62,521 bases of DNA, filler included, from Rhabdomonas costata (GCA_019059605.1; 27 parts of 27 records of this genome joined end to end with filler, not necessarily neighbours in it); one strand, 5' to 3'; positions 1 through 12,163 are shown, counted from the first letter of the whole stretch. Notes: generated by a model not told the origin, from the letters alone. A program made the numbers and translations.

Positions 1-515
1 CGTAAAACAGGATACGAAGAGCCTAAATTGCAACCTGGGTGACTTTGGCAATGACCACTGTCCTGTTTCACCGAGAGATATACAAAGGAGAAACATTACC
101 ACTTAAACAGATGGCTCGCAACGCCTCGCTGACCGGTCGTTTTAGGGGGAAGCGGCGGTGAAAAATGCTCGTTGATTCTGCTATTTCCTAATTTACCACA
201 TGAAAATTTGCAGGCAGCCTGACAACACCACGGGCCAAGCGTAGTAAAGAACCGCATGCATCAATCGTCGCCCGAAACCTGAAGCGCCAAGTTAACCGTA
301 AAAACAGGGTACCGATCGCCCGTTGCAACCTCACATTACTGGCAGCAAACGACATGGTGTTTCAGGCAACATTTCTCCATCATCTTCTTTACATGTAACA
401 CCCGAATATCAGCAGAATGTACGGGAATGTGGGCATCAAATCTAACACAACACGGCACAGCGAAAAATCAGCAGAGTGAAAGCAATGCGCAAATAAAGTA
501 CAACACTGGGAGGTA

Positions 516-2219
516 TCAAGTTTCTCCGTCAGAAGCTGGGCTGTCATCTCCTGCCTCAGCTTCATAAAAGCGCCCCGAAACGGGGTCAAAGTAGCATTTT
601 AACACCTCATCAAACAGCAAATTACGTGTCTCAAAAGAAAGTGAAGAAAGGGAGCGGTCTCCAGTCTTCTGGACTGAAGATCCCAGTCCCCCACCGTTCA
701 CAGTGGAGTCCGCAAAGCGAGACCTCTCCTGAGACTCCGAGGTGTTGCACAGTGATTGAGATGTGGATGTTACGGAGGGATTCTGGGAATTCTCCGGCGC
801 CCCGCGAGACAAGTCCACCCATACTGCCGCCGATGAAAGTGATCTGGAGTATTCCTCCGACGGCCTGGGCTTCGTTTTACTGCCGCTGCGGTCAACTTGG
901 ACCGGCATTGGCATCACAAGAGAAGGACCCTCCGCATGGGCGGAGGGATTTGGTGGGGATATTGAGGCGACAGACGATTCAAGGTCCGCCTCCACCAAAC
1001 CGGAAAAATTCAGATCACTTCGTCCCGCAGTTTTATCCCCCTTGGATACTGAGGCAACCTGTGGCGCGACCCCCGATGCAGCAATGGCACGAAAAACGTC
1101 CACTGGAATGCTTTCGTTGATGTCCGCAACAACTTGGGAGGAGTCACCGTCCCACTCCACGTCGGAATCCGCCTCAGCCGTCTCTTCGTGCTTGGGGCTA
1201 TCATCCTCGCCCGCCTCTTCCTCGGGGTGTACGCTGAACCGGGACAGAGGAGTAAGTGCAGGTGCGGCTGGGGCGCTTGGAACGGTTCCACTCAGCGGAG
1301 ACAGCTCCTGCGAAGTATCCCCTAAAAGGGGGAGATCGCTGCGAGAAACATCCGCGGAAAGCGGGAGGTATAGGCTTACAAATGCAGCAGGCTGGGGGTT
1401 AGGCTTTTCGTTCGACAACCCCGTATCCTGCCAAGCAATGACAGGGGCCGTCATCAGATCTGTCCGCTTCTGTGCCGTATGATGATCGGCCACGACCTCA
1501 GCGGACGAAACACGGACGAAGCTGCGGGCAGTGTCATCGTACATGGACGGATTATAAAATTTCTGCTGCTGAGAGTGCTTGTGATTCTCCACCGATTGGT
1601 CAAGGGTAGGCTGATGCGTCCATCCTTCTCTGCGCCTGAGCACCGGCGAAAGTGTGCTGCTCAGCGAAGGGGACTCTGTGGCCGAGCCAACCTTCTCCGC
1701 CTTCCGCAGTGCAACCGCCTGCCGTTGAACGGGGACGCGGGCTTTCTGGGTGGAGCGGGGCGGTGTGGTCTGGCTAAACAGCGACCGCATGGGAGAAGGT
1801 TGAGGCTCCAGAGGCTCCTCCAAGACCCGAAGCACAGGGGCTCCATCCGCAGGGGGGCCTTTCATAATCCTGGAGCTGTAACCGCCCCTCGAGGAAACAG
1901 GACGCTTGGAGGTCGCAGGTAGTGTCCGGCCAAATGCCACTTTGGGGCCAGCGATGGGTCCGGAGGTCTGAGAGCTATGAGAACTGAGGTTCAGGGAATC
2001 CTCCAGATCACCGGATGTTTCCGCGGAAGGGCAAGACAGCACCAGTGTTTGGTGAGGAACACCAGGTGGGAAGTCCACTGTCTTCGGGATCCAACCCGGC
2101 GCAAGCTCCTGCTCACTCAGGCCAGTCTGAAGCTTCCTAAGCCGGAGAAAAAGGAGGTAAGCCTCGCAGAAACCCAACGCCCAAGGCGAGGCGACGATTG
2201 AATGTTTGAACAACACCCC
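516..2219 (-). CDS. CFAP20DC/C3orf67-like protein, large final exon (5'-partial)
   Basis: 566-aa Ser/Pro-rich ORF ending LLFDEVLKCYFDPVSGRFYE. This matches the C3orf67/CFAP20DC C-terminal motif LxYDPxLNCYFDPxTGKYYEL as I recall it. Confidence 0.65.
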   Translation of the reverse strand, partial: GVLFKHSIVASPWALGFCEAYLLFLRLRKLQTGLSEQELAPGWIPKTVDFPPGVPHQTLVLSCPSAETSGDLEDSLNLSSHSSQTSGPIAGPKVAFGRTLPATSKRPVSSRGGYSSRIMKGPPADGAPVLRVLEEPLEPQPSPMRSLFSQTTPPRSTQKARVPVQRQAVALRKAEKVGSATESPSLSSTLSPVLRRREGWTHQPTLDQSVENHKHSQQQKFYNPSMYDDTARSFVRVSSAEVVADHHTAQKRTDLMTAPVIAWQDTGLSNEKPNPQPAAFVSLYLPLSADVSRSDLPLLGDTSQELSPLSGTVPSAPAAPALTPLSRFSVHPEEEAGEDDSPKHEETAEADSDVEWDGDSSQVVADINESIPVDVFRAIAASGVAPQVASVSKGDKTAGRSDLNFSGLVEADLESSVASISPPNPSAHAEGPSLVMPMPVQVDRSGSKTKPRPSEEYSRSLSSAAVWVDLSRGAPENSQNPSVTSTSQSLCNTSESQERSRFADSTVNGGGLGSSVQKTGDRSLSSLSFETRNLLFDEVLKCYFDPVSGRFYEAEAGDDSPASDGET

Positions 2220-2319
2220 NNNNNNNNNNNNNNNNNNNNNNNNNNNNNNNNNNNNNNNNNNNNTTAATTAATTAANNNNNNNNNNNNNNNNNNNNNNNNN
2301 NNNNNNNNNNNNNNNNNNN
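2220..2319. other. Artificial contig linker (N44-TTAATTAATTAA-N44), first of 26 in the window
   Basis: The identical linker, with stops in all six frames, recurs about every 2.3 kb (2220, 4539, 6883, 9200 ... 57890, 60206). Confidence 0.99.
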
Positions 2320-4409
2320 GGCAGACAGGTTCCCAGGATGCAATCTAGAGTGGACCGGAGGTCTTGCTCAGTCTCGTCAGCGAAAGGACTGCAGAAAGGG
2401 AAGAATCAAATGAGAGATGAAAAAGTAATGGCAAAAAGATCTAAGGACCACAGCAGGCGCAGAAGATGATTGATCTTCTGCGCCCCCAAACAATAGCGTA
2501 ACAAACTCAGTGCAACCTGAGGATCAGGGAACTTTGCCAGTCGCTTTCATTAAGCTTTCAACCAAGTGTCCTTAATTTACCTTCGAAAATTTCTGGCGCG
2601 TGATCGCCAGAAAATGCGATTACAGCTTCAATAAGTCAGCGAGTCGGTGTGCAATACTGGCCAGACCTGTTGAGAGCCCCAAGTTAGACACTCGTTAAGG
2701 GCATGCCCGAACAGTAGGCGATGTCCAAGGTCCTTGCTTTAAACATTTGGGACAAACTGGCACCAGACGTTTTGTTCCGCTTCCGATCGAAGAAACATAA
2801 GAATCCCACCTGGGTCCATTAAGGTTCTTTTTTTGCACGCAAACGCTTTTCGTCGGACCACAGCTACAAGAGTGTGATTGCACAAAAGCCCCTTTGCGAA
2901 AGCATTTGGCTTATGCTATTGACAGAATCTGTTCGCTTGGTTCCTTCACTCAGCCCCTTCAGCAAGGGCGATACTCCCCGGCAGTAGCTCCGGCTAACTG
3001 CTTGTCTCGTTTCCCTTCGGGCAGTGCAGTGGGGACCGGTTTTGTATCTATCACAAATTTCAAGCCTGCCTTCCTCCGACTTTTGGGACAAGCGCTATTG
3101 TGGACGCTGTGGAAAGATTGTCCCTTTGTCTCGTTCCTGCGCCCTCACGCAGCGTCTATTTTGGATTTGGGGGACATCTTCTGTCATCCCTCCTCCTCAA
3201 CATGAACCAAGAACTCTTAGCGCGAGAAGGTCAACCCGCCCCACTGAGTTCTGTCCGCGAAGCAGTCGCGCGAAGGGGCGTTTGGGCATTCTAAAGCTGC
3301 CCAAATGTATGAGTCTGGACCAGTTCCATCCCGGTAAGATGAAGAATGCTGGCTGCCAGGTGATTCATCAAGATCGCAGGAACCGGGCGCGCAGGTCACT
3401 CCCCGTCAACGAAATGTCGGAGTTGGTCGGGAATGGGACAATATTGAAACCTGTTAGAGAAAGGTGATGAGGAAGGTGACGCCAAAGTCAGTCGATGCCG
3501 TAACGACGTTGGAGCCAGTGGGAGTCAGCGTCAAAGTAGTGCTGAAGTAGAAGTCCGAGTGGGACGAGGACGTGACAGCGTTGGAGTGGGTAAGTGTAGA
3601 CGTCGTTGAGAATAAATCCGTGTATATTTTTTTAAAATCTGAATCCGGGTACATGCGGCTCAGTACGGGCGACAGCAAAAGATGAAAAAGGAGGGAGTCG
3701 CCACCCATGGGTTCGACAAAAATCATGCAGTAATCAGAACATGAAATGCCCACACAAACGGGGTGCCAATAGGGCAACGGGACGGCGCACCCCTCGGCTT
3801 TAGTCGAAAAAGATACTCGCACTTGGTTGTACACAAGCAATCACAATGCCACACACAGCAAACACCGCAGCAGTGCGCAAGCAAATCGGCACCAAGCACA
3901 AGTTCGGACAGCGCGCAGTCGTGGAACAGCGGTGCGGTGAAAATTGGGACAAGGGGCTTACATGGGAAGGCTAAGAACAAGAACAGGGGGCGGGTGATGG
4001 TAAGGCTAGGAACCAGATGGAAAGTATATAGATAGAATATAGAAAGCTGGTGTTTATACACAAGACCCCAGGCCTGCTTCGGCTTTTCCCTCTGCAGTAG
4101 TTGCTAAATTTAGAAAGAACTAAATGATGGGCTTGTAGTGTGCTTCATCTCGATCGGAAACATGCGGGAGAAGGGCGCGGATCTTTACGTGCAACTCTGG
4201 CGGGATGAGAACGGTCCACCAAAAATGATGAGCTTCAGCTGTTCAGTAAAATGGCGAAATTTTTATTTCGGCACCGTCCTTAGCCTGACTAGCATAATTG
4301 CTTTTATATTCGGAGTGTGCACGGCAGGCGGTATCGTTGTGTCCAAGCTGTGCCCCTGTTCTGCACAGGTTTTCTATCGTTTGCGCTTTTATTCGTGTTT
4401 TTGAAGCGC

Positions 4410-4538
4410 ATGAACGTCGCTGCCGCACTTGTATACGCGGCGCTCATTTTGGCTTCATTATCCGTGGTTGCTGCGACGCCTTGGAGTATTACCACTGCTT
4501 CCAGGGTACTTCTGGTTGATGTTGCCTTCCCCAACACA
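4410..4538 (+). CDS. Probable N-terminus of a secreted protein (3'-partial)
   Basis: MNVAAALVYAALILASLSVVAA-TPW has a hydrophobic core and a VAA cleavage-like site; the ORF runs off the contig. Confidence 0.35.
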
Positions 4539-5031
4539 NNNNNNNNNNNNNNNNNNNNNNNNNNNNNNNNNNNNNNNNNNNNTTAATTAATTAANNNNNN
4601 NNNNNNNNNNNNNNNNNNNNNNNNNNNNNNNNNNNNNNGGTGGGTGGTGAAAAAGGAGAGGAACGTGCGAAACTTAAGTTAACGGAACGTGTAGCACAGC
4701 CTGAGGAGGAAACCACACCTGAAGAGCGGTTAGCGTGCAGTCGCCATGCTGGCATGCTGGGGCCAACAGGGTTGACAATAAATATATCAAGGATAGGGAC
4801 CCCAACACCGGAAGGCAAGAAAATGAACAAAATTGCCTTTATAGGAATACGTTGTAAAAATGATTTCCTCGCGGCCTCTCTTGACTTTTGTTCTTTCTGC
4901 GTATGTCCCGGCCCTGGGTGTGCCGAGAGTCTGGAGAGTGTGAAATATCGGTGGGGCGCAGGAGCTTGTTTCGTTCTGTTTTGGTGGTGGCATGTGGTGG
5001 ATGGGGCGAGATTTCGATACCTTCATCTCAG

Positions 5032-5204
5032 GATCTGCGGCGAGCGTGGAGGTAGCGCTAGTGGAGCAGCACCAAAACACCGTGATGCTTGCCCGGGCCT
5101 TGAAGCAGCGGGAGCAGGCCCTGGAGCAAGAGCAGAGGAGGGCCACGGAACTGGTCGGCCAGCTCGCCTCCGCCGAGGAGCGGCTGCAGTTCGCTCAGTG
5201 CGGT

Positions 5205-5244
<40 letters not shown>

Positions 5245-6655
5245 GAATTGAGTTCCAGGTGGCATCAGGGACAGAGTAAGGTAACCAAGCCCGCTCACCT
5301 GGAAATCAGGTCCAAGCCCGCAGTGGGATTGAGGACCCAAACGCACAAGGGCAGGGAAGTGTACGAGCGCCGAAATTTGGGTACCCCGCAAAGAGATCTC
5401 TAAACGCTACAATCGGGGTTCCCAAGGCCCCGCGTACACTGTGGATTGGGGGTCACATGGGGTAAGCCAACCCTACGTGGCAAGACATCGGCACAAAAGG
5501 TATCATGGGTCGACAAGGGTGTGAGGCTCGATGACCTTATGCCCCATTGAGCCCAGGCGGGAAGTGGATCTCGAGTCCTCCCCAGAAAAAATTCATCCTT
5601 GCCAAGTGCACCAATGTGTGTGCGCTCGCGCTCGCACAGTTTCGGCTGCCCGTGGTCAGATAAGAATGACATGATGATGTCAGAAGAAAGGGGCGAAGAA
5701 CACGGAGTGCGTCTTGTTTGTGTTGGTCCATGTCGGAAAACGGGGGCACTCAAATTACAGCAAACATCAGCTTTGTCCTGGTACCGAGTAATATTGCTGC
5801 GACCAGGGTCTTACTATGAACAGACACAACTGTCCTGTCTTCAGGCCAAACAGCCTGGGAGCTTCCAGACAGTGCAGTTCACGGGTGGAACCTACCCGTT
5901 ATCAGCGAAGGACGACCATCCCGCTGCCCAGGAATATCGCCCACCTGGGTCTTCAAAAAAACAAGAAACGCTGGCTGGCAACACTCGGTTTCTGTAACTT
6001 CGGAACTTGGTGTTTTGGGTCCCATTTCTGTTTTTGCCTTTGCCCCCCCCCCCATGTCTTCTCACGGCACCAGGGGCCGACGTCCAGGCCTACTTCAACG
6101 GCAGTCCCACATGGGGTGCCGTCCCACGGGGTCGGCCAGAAAGTTCCCCGTCAATGAAGCCCTCTGTGGCCAGAAAGCTAAGCCAGTCGCTGGCCGCCGC
6201 GCAGGAGCAGAGCTCGCCTGGGGCTGCAGAGATCATGGAATCCCCCATTGCAAAGGGCCGCATCACACTGGCCTTCTCTGATCAATATGGTTTGTCGCAA
6301 AAAGTGACTTTTCAATCTCCTGTTTTTTTCTATTTGTTATCTTGCACACCTTAACTGCCGGTGCTGTTCTTTGCGATCAAATTTTGAACATATGTGTCCA
6401 CCAAGTTCTGTCTGTCGTTTGGCTGCTGGAGTGATCCAGTAGAGCATTGGCGCTGGCTTAAGTTTTGCAGGCCCCTCAAGGCGGTTGGGGAAGTCACATT
6501 ACATTGAATGTCACATTATTGCTCTTCTCTGACCTCCTCTGGTCTCTTTTTCAGTGAATTCTCAGATTCGGAAGTCCAAGTACGCTGACGTGTTCACGAA
6601 GTTGAAGGCGGACTTTGCGGCCTCAATGATAATGATCTCCACAGAGGCGGATGCG
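5032..6655 (+). CDS. Multi-exon hypothetical coiled-coil protein (partial; exons about 5032-5202, 6074-6289, 6555-6655)
   Basis: GC3-rich exons with phase-compatible GT-AG borders; LKQREQALEQEQRRATELVGQLASAEERL has a heptad pattern. Confidence 0.5.
5499..5622 (+). repeat. Interspersed repeat family A, copy 1, ending in (TG)n and inside an intron
   Basis: Aligns by eye to 24507-24642 at roughly 80-85% identity with one indel (GGTAyCwTGGGyCGAC...GAGTCCTCCCCAGAAAAAAyTCATCCTTGCCAAkTGCACCAA). Confidence 0.85.
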
Positions 6656-6987
6656 GTGTTCCCCCCCTCCCCTTTTTCCAACTTTCCCTTTTGATTCCCT
6701 GCGACACCCACCCAGCGTTTTGCTCGGACTCATTTAAATTAATTGCAGAAGTCTCTGCAATAATAGTATTTGCCACCGTTGCCAAGATATTTCCTTGTCT
6801 TGACAAGACATTTCCTTCTCTTGGCTCACCAATCTGACCCTCCAAAGCTTCAAAGCAGGCGAAAACATCGAACCAAAAACANNNNNNNNNNNNNNNNNNN
6901 NNNNNNNNNNNNNNNNNNNNNNNNNTTAATTAATTAANNNNNNNNNNNNNNNNNNNNNNNNNNNNNNNNNNNNNNNNNNNNGGTGTT

Positions 6988-7079
6988 GGTGCTATGGACC
7001 GCGATGCGAAGTGCAGTCCACAGCCAGCTTCCCTGTGCCCTGACTGTGGACTGCACTTCGCATCGCGGTCCATAGCACC
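6988..7079. repeat. Perfect 36-bp inverted repeat at a contig end (amplification fold-back chimera)
   Basis: 6988-7023 is the exact reverse complement of 7044-7079, with a 20-nt loop, at the contig edge. Confidence 0.85.
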
Positions 7080-9199
7080 CTGTCCCCGCACAAAAGCTCG
7101 ACCTTGGACAGCCCGTTGATGCAGTTGGCAACCCCTTGAGGGTTCATCTCGTCCATTACAGAAACGACGGCTTTCCCCAAGGTCTCCCAAAGGGACCGAT
7201 CAGCAAGTAGGTGCTCCACCTTGGAGAAACCGTTCACGCAGCTCGAAACGCCCTCAGACCACATTTTCGGCAGCATCGACACTGCAGCATCCTTCAGGGT
7301 TCCCCATAGGTCACGGTCTCCCAAAAAGATGCCAATTTTAGAAGACCCATTCACGCAGTTAGCAACTCCTTGGGCATCCATTCGTGGCAGTGACTGCATC
7401 ATGGCCGCCCGAAGTCCCTCCCAGAGACTTCTGTCGCCCCGGAGTAGCTCGACCTTAGAGAACCCATTCAAGCAATTCGCCACGTGCTGGGGGTTCATGT
7501 TGCTCAAAGCCTCTGCGATAACCTTCCCTAGAGCTTCCCAGAGAGCATGCTGGCCAAGCAGAAGTGGAATTTTAGAGAACGCGTTGACGCACAACGTGAC
7601 CTCCTGCACGTTCATTTGGTGAGCCAAAGTGGCGGACGCCTTTCCCAAAGCTTGCCACAGAACATGCTCGGCCCGCATAAACTCCACCTTGGAAAAGCCG
7701 TTCGCACAAAGCGCAACGCGCTGGGCCGTGGCATCCTCCACTGCAGCAACTGCAGCCTGACCCAAAGTGATCCATAAAAAGCGATCACGCAGCAGAGACT
7801 CCACCTTGGAAAACCCATTGACGCAATTCGAGATGTTCTGCAGGCTAAGCCGCTCCAAAACAGACAGGCAATGCTTCTGCAGGCCGTCCCACAGAGCCCG
7901 GTTCTGATGGAGATGGCTGATCTTCGAAAATCCACTCACGCAAAGAATAATTTCCCCGGGGTTCATCCCGGCCACCACCGGCGCGGTAGAGGTTGACAAG
8001 ACACTCCACAATTTGGTGTCCTGACGAAAGGAAAGAATTCTGGAGAAGCCGTGGACTAGACTCGCAATGTCTCGCGGTGAAAACTGCTCCGGAATTGTGC
8101 GGAGGGTTGCACCTCGCAAAGCTTTCCATAAAAATCTGTCCTCATGGAAGAACCAAATTCGAGACAGTCCACTCACACACGCTGCGACTTCGCGGAGTTT
8201 CATTCTGGCCAAGGCAGACAGACATGCTTTCCGCAAAGCATTCCAGAGACTCACATCTCGAAGCAGAACGTCAGCGTTGGAAAAGCCCTTCACACAAGCC
8301 GCAATGTTTTGTGGGGAAAGAATGTGCATCTTCGAAAGAAATGATTCCTTGAGACCATCCCATAAAGTCTCATTGCGTAATGCCGGCTTCACTCTGGAAA
8401 AGCCGGCGACACAGATACAGACATCCCGAGGGGTCATCCCAGACATGACGGAGGAGGCTGCTTGGCCCAATTTCTTCCACAAAATATGGTCTTCCGCAAC
8501 CCATTCCACCTTAGAAAACCGACTAACACAACTCGAGATACCCCAGGGACTAAGCTCATCTGCAACAGAGGCAGCGGCTTTTCCAAAAGCATTCCAAAGC
8601 ACGCGGTCGCCAAGAAAGCGCTCCACATTTGAGAAGCCCATCACGCAGCTGACGATGCCCTTTGAATCCATACTATTCACATTCGAAAGTGTTGCGGTGC
8701 GCAGAGCGTCCCACATGTCTGCATTTTCCCGGAGAACGCCAATTTTGGAAAACCCATGCACACAGCTGCCGATATCCTTCCCACTTATCGCGGGGGCTGA
8801 AGATACTGCTGCAGAGCCCAAAGCCTTCCAAAGCATCTGATCGTTGGGAAAAGGCCGAGCCCTCGAAAAGCCATTTGCGAAAACTGCGATGTCCCGTGGC
8901 GTTAAGGTTGCCACTGCTGAACTGGTTAAACGAGCTAAAGAAGTCCACAGACGCTTGTCGGTTACCAGGTATGATACCCGACAGAAGCCGTTGACGCAGG
9001 TCACAAGGTTGCGGGCATTAAACGATGATGGAGAGACTGACGCAAGTTGCACCGCAGACTTCGCCAGTGCTGTCCAAACTCCCCGGCGGCTGAGATGCTC
9101 TCCAGAATACGAGAGGGCGCTCACACACGTCACCACATCCTCGACATTGAAGGAATCGGCCTGTGTCACCACCAGCTCCATCAAGCAAGAAAGCCGCTC
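7030..9199 (-). CDS. Intronless 39-aa tandem helical-repeat protein (OPR/SKWP-like alpha-solenoid), partial at both ends
   Basis: The 730-aa ORF holds 17 complete repeats, consensus WxxLxxAxxxxxxxMxPxxVxxCVxGFSKVxxLxxDxxL. The last ~10 aa and the stop come from a fold-back artefact. Confidence 0.85.
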
Positions 9200-9358
9200 N
9201 NNNNNNNNNNNNNNNNNNNNNNNNNNNNNNNNNNNNNNNNNNNTTAATTAATTAANNNNNNNNNNNNNNNNNNNNNNNNNNNNNNNNNNNNNNNNNNNNG
9301 GGTGGTGGTGTCTCCCCCCCTGCCTCGGGGTTTGGGTGTCTTTCCTGACGTTCTGCAG

Positions 9359-11232
9359 GTTCCCGTGGAGAAGGTCGTGTACGTCGACAAGATTGTCGAG
9401 AAGCCTGTGCGAGTATGCCCCCTTCCTGCCTCAGATCCCTTTCAGATGCCTATCTCAGATGTCTGTTGAGGTTAGCTGTGTGCAAGCCCGCAGCTCAACC
9501 CCTGCGATGGAATTCCTGTCCCTTCCCTTTTCTCTCTTTCCCTCTCTTTCCTGTTTCAGGTTCCTGTGGATAGGATCGTTGAGGTGGAGAAGATCGTCGA
9601 GAGGGTGGTCACCGTGCCGGGTGGAAACCCCCTGTTTCTTTTCGTCTGCCATGTACTCCCAGCCTTAATTGCCCACTACGTTTGTTTTACCGTGTGCTGT
9701 ATGCTAAGAAACTGAAATGCAGAATGGGTTTACATTCATTGATGTCAGGTGCCTTCGCGGACATGGAGGTTTAGGGCTTTTGGTTTGGCTTGTTCACTGT
9801 TAAAATGGGTTTGGTTACCAACTGTTCAACGCGAATAGCTCATCTCGACATCTCAAACCGAACCCCCGCTTCTCTCTCTTAGGCCCCGAGAGGATCGTCT
9901 GCAGGCAGGTCGAGGTGCCCGTCACAGTTACCGTCGACAAGTACATCGAGAGGTATGCTCCTCCAGCTTTCGCGTTTTTCCCCTGTTGGGCAATCCTTCC
10001 TTTCTTCTTCTATTTCCCGCCGAAGGAGGGCTAAAAAAAATACGTTTCCCGTTTTGTAACGCTATTTTGTTCATCTGAAGCCAAGGTTAATTTTGGTGAC
10101 CCACATCCGCCTGCCTCCACCACTGTGAACCGTGAAGCCATGAAGCCCGGCGTTTTTCCTGCCTTGCCCGGGATGTCTCGTTCTCACGCCCTGTTGTGTG
10201 CCTGCTCCCTCAGGTTCATCGAGGTTCCCGTCGATCGCCCCGTGTGCGGTATCCGAGCAGCCTCTCCTTTTTCCTCGATGCAAACGTAGCAGAAAAGGAG
10301 CTTTCTCCTGTGTGTATGAGTTCAAAGAAAACGCGAAGGGTGGACAGGTTTGCAGAAGGTAATAAATGTTCAGTGATATAAAACGGTGAGATCTGGGTGC
10401 CGTAAAACGTAGAAAAAAGGATTTGTGTGCATGTCCATCCTGCAGCCCTTCACAATACTTGCGGGAATTTTTCCAATCACCTTCGATACTTAACTGTGGT
10501 TCTTACCTCGCGCCTTTTGCGTCTTTTGTACTTTCGTTGCCGACTTGCGTGAGCTGTGGGTGTGGTTCTTTTAGTGCCTGTGGCTGCGCCTCTGCCTCCG
10601 TGCGTCGGTGTGTGCACCTGCAATGCTCTCTCTGTCTTTTCTACGAAGGAGGGGGGGCGCCCGGAAATTCTGGTTTGCATTGTTCTTGACGTGCCGTTGA
10701 ACTCCCGTGCGCCGTTCCGGGTGAGGTGGAGACGCCCTTCCTCCACACTATTCACACAGTATTCTCCTTCGGGTGGGGTTTAGCAAACGGAACAAACACA
10801 TATCACTGCTTTGTTCCCGCACAAGACTTTTGGAAATAATGCTCAACGTGCGAGCTGGTAAAATGCAAAAGAGAGAGAGAGAGAGAGAGGTTGTTTAAAG
10901 GGGTCCGTCCTTGGCCATGTTCCCTGCAAAGCCACTGCAGTTGGAAGCCTTTTTTGCGTACTTATCGGCCGTTTCCTGTTTCGACGTGTGAACGTGTCCA
11001 TCGATGTTAGCTCCCGCCCCTGCTATGAGTTCAAGGGGTCAGGCTGAGGCCCTCACACATCACGTTGTGCAGGGCGCGTAGAGGGGGAGGGGTGTCGAGC
11101 CTGTTCTCCCCCAAAGCAATCTCTCCCTTTCTCTTTGCAGAGATGATGGGTGCAGGCTCCTCGTTCGTATCCGGGTCCGGTATTGGAGGCGGAAGTATGC
11201 TTGGAACGGGAATTATGGCGGGGGGAGGCTGA
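9359..11232 (+). CDS. Articulin/epiplastin-like pellicle protein, 3' part encoded by micro-exons (9359-~9406, 9560-9620, 9883-9952, 10214-~10248, last exon 11141-11232)
   Basis: Spliced translation VPVEKVVYVDKIVEKP / VPVDRIVEVEKIVERVVTVPG / PERIVCRQVEVPVTVTVDKYIER / FIEVPVDRP shows VPV motifs and acid-base dyads. Borders are GT-AG and in phase. Confidence 0.85.
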
Positions 11233-12163
11233 TGCTTCATGCTGCCTTTTTTGCCGCTTCAGTTGACTGCTTCTTAAATAGGAGGAAGTGGAATGCTTGT
11301 TTTTTTTTCCGCATGTTTCCTGTCGCGCACGACGCGGACGAGCGCCCTCAACACATCGACACACTCAATCAATCTCACGCACACAGTTGGGATCGGCAGC
11401 CCCGCAGGGTCCATTGGTACGCGGAGTGCCCCCACCCCCCCCGCAGTCCGTACCCAACGTGCTCGTGATGCGATGGGATTTTGCAAATTCCTTTTTCAGC
11501 TGTCACCACAAAACCNNNNNNNNNNNNNNNNNNNNNNNNNNNNNNNNNNNNNNNNNNNNTTAATTAATTAANNNNNNNNNNNNNNNNNNNNNNNNNNNNN
11601 NNNNNNNNNNNNNNNGGTGGGGTGGTAGGAGGCTTAAATACACTTATGCCTCAAGCACAGAACACAACTTTGGTGATGTTGGCATCGCCTCTGAATTGGC
11701 TCTGAATGGTTCCTCCCTGGCATTTCCGTCAATGTTTTCTCAGATGGAACCTGCCCGTGTTTGCGTCTGCCACCTTTTCTTTGCCTTTCGGAGTCTTTGG
11801 AATCCGTGCGTATCGAACCGTCGGGGGGAAAGGGTAAGTGTGCAATCCGCAAGGGCATCCCAACCATTGTGCATGGCTGCTACGGGTATCGCGGTCGTTC
11901 TCTTGGCAAATGTTCTGCAGGGTAAAGACACCAGGTGAGGGAAGCACGACTTGTGCATTTTTGTTTGCATGGTTTTTTTGCATGCTTCGACCCCTCTGCT
12001 GCAAATGCGTTTTTTATTTTCTCTTCCGCTTTGCAGACGATACGCATGTTCACATGGTATCCGAAGGGAGAAGGGAGACAGGTTTTCGTTTATTTTGCAG
12101 ATACAGACGCACAGAGTAGCTGGGGAATTCGGATACCCTCACGCCCCACTCGGTCTTTCTTAG

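Noticed and set aside
3300..3620. Ser/Thr-rich minus-strand reading frame that seems to continue across a frameshift near 3460
   Set aside because: No recognisable domain or secure splice structure; too weak to call a gene or a recoding site.
7221..9251. Long + strand ORFs opposite the repeat protein
   Set aside because: They are antisense shadows of the repetitive coding strand, with no independent protein features.
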